Part shown: piece by piece, positions 36,530-46,951 of the stretch | Layout: every line of letters starts with the position of its first letter | Numbering within the stretch: position 1 is the stretch's first letter | From: Macrostomum lignano | Lineage: Eukaryota | Assembly: GCA_002269645.1 (NCBI GenBank) | Contig: NIVC01003693.1 | Coordinates: 1-64,000, forward strand | Length of the DNA stretch: 64,000 bases | Reading direction: 5' to 3' | Notes under the pieces: model-generated | Told to the model about the DNA's origin: nothing | The model's input: the letters and a program-made list of their open reading frames with translations, nothing else | Database searches by the model: none | Made by a program: the position numbers and the translations under genes

Positions 36530-37216
36530 CACATTGACGTACTTCTTCCAGTTGGGGTCCAGCTCGATCGCGTCACCAACACTGGCGTCAGTGAAGTCCA
36601 GCATCCGGAACCTGCCTTGCACAGCATTGTGGAGAGCAGCTCTGCACTGCCAGCGACGTGAACAGAGGGACAGACAGTCAAACTTCTTGTAAACAGCCGC
36701 GACCTCAGTGAAGCAGTAGTCAGGACTGATGTCACCGAGCTTCAGAAACTCAGTGACCTTAAGGTAGGAGCTGTTCGGTGTTGTGATTGGCTGGCAGACT
36801 GTGCCATGAAGTTTCAGCATACCGTCACCGAGTCCAGTGTTGATTATCAAGCCGAAGTCGTCATTGGCAGCGGAATTTCTGGGAGAAGGCTCATTCCAAT
36901 CCGAATCTTCGGACTGAAGAAGCGAGCCATTCGTGAGGCGCCAGCCAGTGCGGGATGTCTGCCTCTCGCGCGTCAAGTCCGAGAATCCAACCCAGGACCA
37001 GGCGGAGATTTGCGATCGCACGGCTCGCATCACCCCAAGATCCAGCAGCAGTTCGCCACCGATTTGCAAGCAGCGCTCAGCTGCATCGCACCACAGTCTC
37101 TTCGGGGAGTATTCGATGAAGAGGCAGTGGCCGTTTGTGATGGTGAAAGGCAGCTGACAGGCGGATGCTGCAGTGAGCATCAGAAACTGCAGCTGCAACA
37201 GCGATTGAAGCTGCAT
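36482..37216 (-). CDS. second copy of the C-type lectin/PAN gene; last codons replaced by antisense LTR sequence
   Basis: Near-identical to 23809-24501. Ends ...NWKKYV-NVCCVLCFDSVLSRKLL* instead of ...KKYVKVY*; the original 3' end lies at 32060-32116. Confidence 0.8.
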   Translation of the reverse strand: MQLQSLLQLQFLMLTAASACQLPFTITNGHCLFIEYSPKRLWCDAAERCLQIGGELLLDLGVMRAVRSQISAWSWVGFSDLTRERQTSRTGWRLTNGSLLQSEDSDWNEPSPRNSAANDDFGLIINTGLGDGMLKLHGTVCQPITTPNSSYLKVTEFLKLGDISPDYCFTEVAAVYKKFDCLSLCSRRWQCRAALHNAVQGRFRMLDFTDASVGDAIELDPNWKKYVNVCCVLCFDSVLSRKLL

Positions 37217-38046
37217 GATGTTGCTTTCATTGGCAGTGATGCAGATGTGACAGATGGCAATTTCTTGCCATGTGTGAGTTCAGTCTGACGAAATTTAAAT
37301 GGCATTGCTTTTTCTCCTGGCAACCAATCAGAAGTACTCATGCGCAATACGTTTCCTTGGGATTCATTTATACGAACGAGTATCCTCTCACTCTAATGGG
37401 GTGCTGGGGTTAAACTTTGGTTTTCACGTTGTTTCACTCTCTCTCTCTCTCTCTCTCTCCTCCGACCCATCCCACTGGTCCTTCCTTTTCACCCATCTAC
37501 GGTCTGGCTTGCCAACGAGATTGCTAAAAACTTTGATAAGCTACAAAATAAACCAGGCTCCCGCAAACTGCCCGCATTTACACGGCAACGAAATTTACAG
37601 AGCCTCCTGGCTCCCAATAAGTTTAAGAAGTCTCAGCCGGGAAACCATTGAATCGTTTTAACCAATGCGCTCACTTTACCCTATTGAAGTACAATATTTA
37701 TTCACTTTGTCATTTATTTTACTCAAACTGCTTGATTGTACGCACAAATATCGATATTTATGCTCCTACCTCCAATACCGGCATTTCATCTAATCGTATA
37801 GTACTTCGAGAAGTTTTAGTATATTGAGATATTTAATTTTTATATAATAAATATACTGTCGATTGAAATGAAATGAACGGTGGAAAGCCTCTGGGACAAG
37901 TTAGAGCTAGACAAAACAGGGTTTTAAATGTACATCCCTCATATATTACAACTACTCATCAATTTTATCAGACTAAGAAAAATAATACTTAAAAGACCAA
38001 TTTGCATTGCATTACACACTGATTTTTGGCCTGACAAAGAGCCCAG

Positions 38047-39585
38047 GGGCCCGTGCTATAGAATCAGGAGTTAGGAGTTAGGAGCTAGGACTCAAGAGTA
38101 CTCTTGACAAGGAGTGATTGAATTTTGTGTGCTATAGAATCAGGAGTTAGGAGTTAGGAGCTAGGACTCAAGAGTACTCTTGACAAGGAGTGATTGAATT
38201 TTGTGTGCTATAGATTTCAGGAGTTAGGAGTTAGGAGCTAGGACTCAAGAGTACTTTTGACAAGGAGTGATTGAATTTTGTGTGCTATAGATTTCAGGAG
38301 TTAGGAGTTAGGAGCTAGGACTCAAGAGTACTCTTGACAAGGAGTGATTGAATTTTGTGTGCTATAGAATCAGGAGTTAGGAGTTAGGAGCTAGGACTCA
38401 AGAGTACTCTTGACAAGGAGTGATTGAATTTTGTGTGCTATAGATTTCAGGAGTTAGGAGTTAGGAGCTAGGACTCAAGAGTACTTTTGACAAGGAGTGA
38501 TTGAATTTTGTGTGCTATAGATTTCAGGAGTTAGGAGTTAGGAGCTAGGACTCAAGAGTACTCTTGACAAGGAGTGATTGAATTTTGTGTGCTATAGATT
38601 TCAGGAGTTAAGAGTTAGGAGCTATAGGAGTTCTTGCAAGGAGTGCAGCCCCCTTGCAAGGAGTGTTGCGCAATCGTTTAAGGATGATAGAGAATTGTGT
38701 GCTATATCACAATTCTAACTTTACGGTCCTTAAGGATTGAATCTCAGGAGTGAAAATGCAAATTGCTCAAAAAATATCATTTGTGAGAGCCGTCGCTGCA
38801 CGCAAAGAGGTGTAAATTATACCAGCGTATTTACTCGTTTTAATATATGCGTTGACCAAGCAATGCAGAAGAGTATCAAAAGTAAAAGTAAAAAGTCTAA
38901 ATGTACATGTGTACTTGTAAATATCAATAAAAGAAAATAATACACCAGTCTAATTATCAAAGAATTGTGTCAAGTGCAATTTAGAGCTCGAGTGTGTTCA
39001 AAACGTATTAACTAGTTGATCACGGCGGCCATTGTTGTTGACAACGATTTCGCCTTCGTTGTTGGGCTCTAAGATGTCCGGGATCACCTCTGGGTAGAGT
39101 TCTGGCTGCTTGTTTTCAAGTTTTCAATAGCACTCTCGGCTGGATCTTCTTCAAAAAAATTAATTCTTGCCTTATATTGTCGACGGCGTCTATCATTGAC
39201 TCCTTCCTCATCAGAATCCGATTCGCTGTCCGAAAACATTATAATCCTAGCTTGTCTAAGAGTGAAAATTGGCCCTTGAACTCTTGCTTAGGAGTCAAGA
39301 GTTAGGAGCGAAATTTTCTCATTCTATAGGACACGCGCTCCTAGAATCACTCCTAAAAGCCAACTCCCAGCTCCTAGACTTCCTCTCCTAATTCTATAGC
39401 ATGCCACGGACCTTAATGAGTTCTCCTAAATTCACCCAGGAGTCTCCTAACGTCCTTAAGGAGCCTCCTAGCTCTTAAAATTTACTCTGATTCTTGATTC
39501 TATAGCACAGAAAAGCCAGCTAGGAGCTAGGAGTTAGGACACTCTTAAGGATTTAGGAGTTAAGAGTATTCTATAGCACGGGCCC
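38047..39585 (-). mobile_element. non-autonomous PIF/Harbinger-group DNA transposon
   Basis: TIRs GGGCCCGTGCTATAGAAT / ATTCTATAGCACGGGCCC with 3-bp CAG flanking both ends. Minus-strand remnant MFSDSESDSDEEGVNDRRRRQYKARINFF near 39240 resembles a Harbinger transposase N-terminus. Confidence 0.75.
38053..38640. repeat. subterminal tandem array, ~8 x 76-77 bp, each unit containing the TIR core GTGCTATAGA
   Basis: Unit starts at 38053, 38129, 38205, etc. Confidence 0.95.
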
Positions 39586-39643
39586 CAGAGGCTCGAAACC
39601 GGTAGCCTATTTTCTAAAATAATACTTTAACACGCCGTGACCT

Positions 39644-39685
<42 letters not shown>

Positions 39686-40204
39686 TTTACCCCTACCCGT
39701 TTGCACATGGGCGCTTCCTAGTATGCATGGTTTTAACACTCCGCCAATCAGATTGTGTTGGTCTGTTATTGTACATGGTGTCGTGCTATGCAGTCAAATA
39801 AATACTTTCGTCACCTCGGTATACTTCTGTTCGTATGTTTTTTCTCCTTCGCTTGCAAGCATGACTTGACTCAGTCTGCCTAGACTAACACAGAAATTCC
39901 ATATTTCAGTTTTAAAGCATCTAACAAGGTAGCCTGACCCAAGTAAAGTGGCTAGGACCTGCAGTGACACCACTGCTCATGTGTTTGATTCAGGTGGGCA
40001 ATTACAGAGAAACTCTGTGTGAGCAAATACATAAGAAATATAGAAATTTTCATGCCGAAATCAAGTGAAAAGATCGTTTAAATGGTACTTATCGAATTCA
40101 CAGTTTCTTATTGTAAAATTAGCTCAGTGTTTTTCTAGAAAAATTGTCTCATGTTACAACAAAACTGGTTGATTCTTCAACAATCAGCAAACTTTCAACG
40201 AACT

Positions 40205-41315
40205 TCAGCGCAGTAGACCGAAGAAGCTGCGAATCTCAGCCTCCGTCATCGTGTCGTTCATGATGGCCACCGCCTGCACCGTGCCCTTCAGCATTCGCGG
40301 GTCGGCAGGTCGAAATCCCAAGCGGATGCAGCGGCATGTCGGCACGGCAGAGTTACGCTGAGGACCAGCGTTCACGGCAGACCGCGGCACGAACTCGGAG
40401 TTGGAGAAGAAGTCGCGGCTTGACGGAGACGCCGAAGTGACGCCGACCTCAACGAATCGATTCGGGTCAAACGAGTTCGTGGCAGAAGGCGTGGAGTACT
40501 CAGAAAAGGATGAAGCCTCCCTAAAGAAGTACAGGCCCAAACCTCCAGTCCAGCCGTCCCAAAAACCCACACAAAGGGCCTTGGAGTCGCAGTTGTAGGA
40601 TTCGAGCAGCGTTGCCTCCACTCGGGCATCCCGCTTGAGCCTGATCAGCCACGTGAGTCCCTGCTGCACGCTCGCGAGCTCCACGTTCTCCAGCCACATC
40701 TTGGACGACACTCCGTCGAGCTTGGCTCCCTCGCTGCTCCACTCCACATTCTCCGACATCCACTGCTGCGTCTGGCCGCACACCAAGTTGCTCCTGCTGG
40801 CGTCCGCATCGTCGCTCATCACCCAGGCGGCCCTCAGCTTCGAGCCCACACCCAGCATGAGCTTCCTGCTCAAGGTGAGGAACTTGGCGGCTCTGGCATT
40901 GGCGAATGCGGCACAGCGGCGGGACTGCGAGCTCTCTGCAGCAGCGAGTCCATCGATGAGGTGGCACACTGCGGTGTACTGGAAGAGCGAGCACTGGCGA
41001 ATGTCCGAGTCGAACTGGGCCACCTGCAGGCCGCTCGAGGCACCGGCGACAGCAGCCTCAAGAAGACACTCGACGGTGTCAGCAGGGGTCTCGGCCAGCC
41101 GCTCTGCCAGAAGTTCGGGCAGGCACTGTGGCACCACCAGCCTCCGCCACACAACATCAGAGCTTCCGCAGTCGATCAGCTGGCAGTAGCAGGTCAGGAC
41201 GAGGATGCTGCCTGAAATGGATCAATCTGTTAAGTTATTTTTGCAAAATTTTGCCGATACAAAAGTTTTACACCTTACCCATGGTCTTTGTCCAAAGTCT
41301 TGAAGTCAGAGACAT
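40205..41315 (-). CDS. putative secreted protein of unknown family, join(41279..41315 [or start at 41282], 40205..41211), ~336-347 aa
   Basis: GC-rich 1-kb open exon. 67-nt intron ATG G|GTAAGG...TTTCAG|GC gives an in-frame, signal-like MGSILVLTCYCQLIDC. No motif recognised. Confidence 0.65.
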
Positions 41316-42079
41316 CGAAATTCTTTTAATTTTTGCAACCTTTTAGGCAATGTTCTTTAGTTCTTAATCTCGAACTTGTGCGCATTTGATGCGGCAAGTT
41401 GTCCTAAAGCCAGGAAACCTGAAAAGCTTGCGGGTCGGTTTTAATATTGGAGCAGTTCGAAAATTTATTCAGAAATTTGTTTTAACCGTGTTTGCGCTCA
41501 GAGTTGCTTCACTACCCTTGCAGCTTAGCTGCGATTTGTCCGGCCGGAAGCTTTCAGCTTGCAACTTGCCAGGTTGATTTCCCAGCAAACAGTTACCACT
41601 GAAACTGGGCATGAGGCGGCCAATTCCGTTGTCTTAACGTCAATAGACATTGCAGACTATTTATTCACTGGATACGAGCTATAGACACTGTCAGTCGCTT
41701 ACTTCAACAGTGAAAAGGCGAGGGAATCTCAATTTTTTTCTAACGTAATTTGTGGATTAACTATTAGCAATGGAACTTCTTCTCATTTTAAGCCCCGCTA
41801 GCGGGTACTGAGGCACATTTCTGATGCAACTGACACAGAGAGCTAAGCGAAATTACGTTGAGCCATGCGGCAGCTTCAGATGAGAATCGGAAATTTCTCG
41901 TGAGACACCCCACAGCACACGAGTTTGGTAAATCCCCGGGCATTTTATGACTGGTTTGCCTAGCCGGCTTGCACGGCGTGGGCTAGCCGGCGTCTGCGAT
42001 TGGCTGGGAGGGGGTTGATTGACTCCACCCCTGGGGGTGGGTGTGTGGCGTTGGGGTGGGTGGCGCTGTGCCTTTTTAG

Positions 42080-42735
42080 GGGGCGCCAGCACCAGGGGGC
42101 GCCAGCACCAGGGGGCGCCAGCACCAGGGGGCGCCAGCACCAGGGGGCGCCAGCACCAGGGGGCGCCAGCACCAGGGGGCGCCAGCACCAGGGGGCGCCA
42201 GCACCAGGGGGCGCCAGCACCAGGGGGCGCCAGAACCAGGACCGCCAGCACCAGGGGGCGCCAGCACCAGGGGCCGCCAGCACCAGGGGCCGCCAGCACC
42301 AGGGGCCGCCAGCACCAGGGGGCGCCAGCACCAGGACCGCCAGCACCAGGGGGCGCCAGCATATCAGGGGGCGCCAGCACCAGGGGGCGCCAGCACCAGG
42401 GGGCGCCAGCACCAGGGGGCGCCAGCACCAGGGGGCGCCAGCACCAGGGGCCGCCAGCACCAGGGGGCGCCAGCACCAGGGGGCGCCAGAACCAGGACCG
42501 CCAGCACCAGGGGGCGCCAGCACCAGGGGCCGCCAGCACCAGGGGCCGCCAGCACCAGGGGCCGCCAGCACCAGGGGCCGCCAGCACCAGGGGGCGCCAG
42601 CACCAGGACCGCCAGCACCAGGGGGCGCCAGCATATCAGGGGGCGCCAGCACCAGGGGGCGCCAGCACCAGGGGGCGCCAGCACCAGGGGGCGCCAGCAC
42701 CAGGGGGCGCCAGCACCAGGGGGCGCCAGCATATC
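42080..42735. repeat. GC-rich 16-bp minisatellite (ACCAGGGGGCGCCAGC)n with a ~260-270-bp higher-order duplication
   Basis: Read directly; accounts for the spurious ORFs 41853-42783. Confidence 0.95.
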
Positions 42736-42922
42736 AGGGCTAGTCCCCGAGAATGAAATGAACAGAATAAAGACTACACGCACTAACTATACTCGTAGAT
42801 TCAAATGTCTACACCAACTCAGAAGAATTCTGAGAACAATCTTCAATTGTCAGCTTCAATCATTAATTTATTATCCGTCAGAGAAGGGTCAGCTGGCAGT
42901 GCAGCTCAGCTCAAGAAACTCG

Positions 42923-44578
42923 TCAGTGCCTGTCGGCTCCGCGCCGCTCGCAGTAGCCCCGGAACTCCTCCTCTGTCATGAGCAGCGCAGGGCAGGAGCG
43001 CCGGGTGCACGAGGCCTCTCCCAGGGCTCTGCACACGCACCTGTTGCAGCCGTCGTTGAACACCTGCCTGCGCCTGACCGCGTCAGCAACACAGACCGTC
43101 TCCGGCTGCAGGCAGCGCCTGCGGAGGCTGGCCCGCTGCATCTTGGCCCGCATCTGCCGCTCGGCAGACTCGCAGTAGGCCGCGGCAGCTGCGGCTCTGT
43201 CGCCAGCCTCATCAGGCCGAGGGCAGGCCTTGAAGGTGGTCTGGCCGGTGCCGTCAGCGTGGCAGGTGACCGTGTTGCAGCCGTCCGAGTAGGTGAACCC
43301 GTTGGTGGCCGGGTCGCAGATCCGCTCGGCTGCCAGCCGCGGACAAGCGAACTCCTGGCTGAAGTTGCGGCGCCGCCGGCGCATGGACCTGCAAGTCGGT
43401 TTTACGATGGGTGCGGTGCAGCTTGGCTGTTCTGGCTTGGTGAATTTTTGCGTCAGACAATGCTAACACGATTCACAGTGTTGAAAAAGACAATTTGTTT
43501 CAATGGAAAATCTAAAAAGTTGTGTCTCTTGAAGCTACTATTTCTGGCACCCTTTTTGACTTCTAATAATATAACTATATGCGAGTAGATATTTAGTATA
43601 GTTGGATAGTTGGACTAGTTGACTAGCCCCCTTGGGGCGCAGCTATTGCATTATTGGTAGATACCCTATCTTATAAGCCTTTAATATACTGTATGCAAAC
43701 TAAAAGGTTACGGTGTGCTAATTAAATATTTTTAAGACAGGCAGGCAGGCAGGAAACAATTAAAAGTCAATTTAAAAGTTAAATCAATTTTATGCTAAGA
43801 AAAGTTAAAATCAACTGTCTTGCTATTCTTTAGAGAATCGCGAGACTTCAATTTAGTTACCTCGGCGACTTTTTAGGTTTCGATTCATTTACCGGTTTTT
43901 CTGGTTTTGAAAGCCGATAGAGTTTTATTTCAAAATGTCAAACAGGCTTGCCAAAGTGCAGACGCCGAAACCAATAATTGCGAACAAAACACAACATTTT
44001 TGCTTAAATAAAGGTTCAGTGCGGGCAGAAGAGATAAACATGTTCTGCTGCTTCACGCCTTCCTACCCCCTCTTGCCGCTGGTGGGCGGCCCCTGCTCAG
44101 CGCTCTCCTCATTGAGGCGCTCGATGAATCGGCAGAAAGCGGAGTCCGACTCGCCAGCCGGGCAGGAGCGCCTGGTGACGCCAACCACAGAGCCATCTTC
44201 AGAGCAGGCGATCATGTTGCAGCCGTCGGTGAAGCGGAAGCCGCCGCCGCCGCGCCCTGGGCGGCAGACGGACTCGGGCGAGGCGTTGGGGCAGGAGCGC
44301 GGCGGAACGCGGTCGAAGATGGCGAAGCCAACGCTAACGCACTGGCTGCGGTCCTTGGCGGACAGCGGGTCCTCGGTCGGGCAGCGACGTCGGGAGGAGG
44401 CGGCGAGACCGCCAGCAAGACAGCGTACGCGGTTGCAGCCGTCGCTAAAGGAGAAGCCCTCGCCAGCTGTGGCGCAGATGCTGTCCAGCGGGTGCAGGCT
44501 GGTGCAGGTGACGCCGCCGGCCTCGGCAGCTCCGGCAGCCAGCAGGACGAGCAGCGGCAGAACAGTGAGCGTCAGCAT
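42923..44578 (-). CDS. secreted pacifastin-like precursor 2 (4 domains), join(44067..44578, 42923..43388), ~325 aa
   Basis: Signal peptide MLTLTVLPLLVLLAAGAAEA. Phase-2 donor AGG GG|GTAGGA and acceptor TTGCAG|G TCC ATG CGC are frame-compatible. The last domain is canonical pacifastin (C..FNDGCNRCVCRALGEASCTRRSCP). Linker KRGSMRRRRR. Confidence 0.75.
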
Positions 44579-45729
44579 TATGCAGCGATATCGATATCGG
44601 GAATGCAATTTCGAGTTTAGGGAATGATAGGGGACCTTAATAGCCACTAGTTGGGTCAGTTTTATTCGAAATTAGGCTCATAAATCAAAATGTAGGAAAT
44701 TGCAGCTGCTAGGCTCCACTTAATTGCAGTTTGCGAACTACGCCATCGTTTTGTCTATGGCCGGAAGCAATTAGCAGAGTGTGCGAGGAGTGAAACAAGC
44801 AACCCCATTCAGGGCTTTTGAATAATAATAGCCTCTGGATTAGACTTGTTGACTGAAGAGCACTGCTGCAAACGCTGGAGTTAGCTCGACTCGGTCAATA
44901 GGTGAGGAGCGAATGCGGTACGTTATTGCCAGAGGGAGACACGGACATGAACGGGCAATACTTAATATCTGTACGCTGTAAAAATACAGAGCGAAAACGG
45001 ACTTAGCCGCAACAGGGTTCCATAGTCATCTGTTCAAGGTTCAGAAGCTCCGCCTGGGCGAGGGCCAGAGGCCACGAAAGTCAGAGATGATGCACACACA
45101 TGTTGACATGATGAGCAAATTTGAGGCACTAGCGTTTATGAAAAAAACACTGCCTTCTGGCTGGCGCTATCGTTCAATATCTTGACGGTCTGGAGGGTTG
45201 CTTGGTATTCCTCCTACTGACAAACAGTCCATGTTTTTTTTCTCCAGCCAGCCAGCCTCATCCAATCCAGATGCCTGTCTATAGATGTCCATGGCTGACC
45301 AATTTACATGTAGGCCGGTAGTTGATGCCACATTAGAGTTGCTGCGTATTTTTAACAACTACGAGACAAATGCATGACTGTATGGGCAGCCACACATTTC
45401 TGCTGTAAAATTGTCAGTTGTAACTTTGCTTGGCGGTCACTTCCGGGCCGGAACCCGCTCCCATTGCTGCTAAACCCCTGGTACGATAAGCCAAATATAT
45501 TACGAATATTGTAATGGAGGCTGGATCGTCATCAACCACTCTCAGCGATTCACTTTTCATCAAGGACTTCGAAAAGACAGCCGACCCGACCCGAAGCTAG
45601 CAAGGAGTTTTGCCAAGGACATCTTCAAACCGCAACTTGGACTGCTAACTTTTCTAAAACTCTCATTTTTAAGGCTGACCCAAGAACGGCTTGTAAAGGA
45701 AGTCGACACCTCAAAGTACGGCTCAAGGG

Positions 45730-46460
45730 GATTCGTGTCTGGATGGAGAACCGTGGCGACTTTCTCTCAGCACACCGTTTTCCAGAACGAAGTTCTCGCC
45801 ATCAGCTCTTGCGCCATGGAGCTGTACAATCAGCGCGTCTGGGGGAAGATTATCCTCCACTCGGACAGTCAAGCGGCGATCCACGCCCTTGAGGGCACCA
45901 CCACCTGCTCGCGCAGTCCTCGACTACATCGGGCAGCTCGATCAACCGCTTAGGCGCCTCCAACAAGGTGTCCCTAAGGTGGATCCTCGGGCACTCGGGC
46001 CACCCCAGAAACGAGTTGGTCGATGGCCTGGCTTGACCGCATCATTCACTGGGGCCCGTGGCCCCCACCCCCACCACCGTTTTCACCACTCGGATCAACC
46101 AGTGGGTGGCTTCAAAGCACAGGGAGAGGTGGGCTAACGCCCCCGACTGCCGGCAATCCCGCGCGGCTGTCCCCTGTCCTTCCTCCGCCCTGCGCAGGGC
46201 CCTGCTTGGACTCAACCGCAGGGACGTCAGGGCGGTGACCATGGCCCTCTCGGGTCATGGCTGCTTTGCCAGGCATCGCCACCTCCAGGGAAAAATCCGT
46301 AGTGAGAAATGCCCATTGTGCCTCTCTGCACTTACATCATCTGTGACTGCCCCGCTTTAACTCAAGCCGACCCAAACCCGGACCTCTCAGACGTTCTCAG
46401 GCCTGAGAATCTCTGCCAGATCGTCCGCTACCTAGCACGCGAAGGCGTATTCAGCATGCC
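45730..46460 (+). mobile_element. degenerate 3' fragment (RNase H, CCHC) of a LOA/R1-group LINE
   Basis: [40 protein letters not shown]; homologous to 51230-51800. Confidence 0.85.
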
Positions 46461-46721
46461 AGTGAAGTATGAGACAGACCAGGCCTTTGGGCTAAGGTCT
46501 GCGATGCTTCACGCCTGCCCCTATCTTCAGCAGGTCAAGGCTGGTGGGAGGTCTGCACCCTCTATTTGCCTCCGGCAGCCGCAGACCCCCCCCCCGCGCT
46601 GTCTCGCAAGTCGACCCAGGGTACTCGTCCCCGCGTGTGTTCAAGGCAGTCCCTAGGGCTGCTGGACAGACTGGGCTCCGGCGCTGGCGACCCTATCCAG
46701 TGGCTTCGGCCGAATTTGGGT
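46435..46721 (+). ncRNA. candidate HDV-like self-cleaving ribozyme upstream of LINE ORF1
   Basis: P1 GCACGCG (46435-41) / CGCGTGT (46632-38) with G1.U; P2 ACCCA (46614-18) / TGGGT (46717-21); P3 GGG/CCC around L3 TACTCGT; P1.1 AC/GT; J4/2 C46711-GAA. J4/2 has two extra U and P4 closure is imperfect. Confidence 0.45.
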
Positions 46722-46951
46722 ATGCGGGTCTGGCTCGCCAACCTGCAGGCCGTGGTACTGCTCAACGTACTCTCTAATGCCTAAGGTGTTGACCGTGCCG
46801 ATGGGCTGGAAGGCCGGGGAGTAGTCCGGTCGCAAGCGGTCCCCCTCCTGGTGTCGGGCCAGCCTTGAGGGTGCTATTGGCCTACTGCCCGGTCAGGTGG
46901 AGCGGCCGGGTGGGTACCGCGCCCCTTTGAGGGTAGCCCACCAACTTTATC

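Noticed and set aside
38053-38640. Regular repeat array superficially like CRISPR (likewise the other minisatellites)
   Set aside because: Units are contiguous with no unique spacers, the context is eukaryotic and there are no cas genes.
41853-42783. Long ORFs in several frames (LAPPGAGAPWCWRP and GRQHQGAPAP repeats)
   Set aside because: Translations of a stop-free 16-bp minisatellite.
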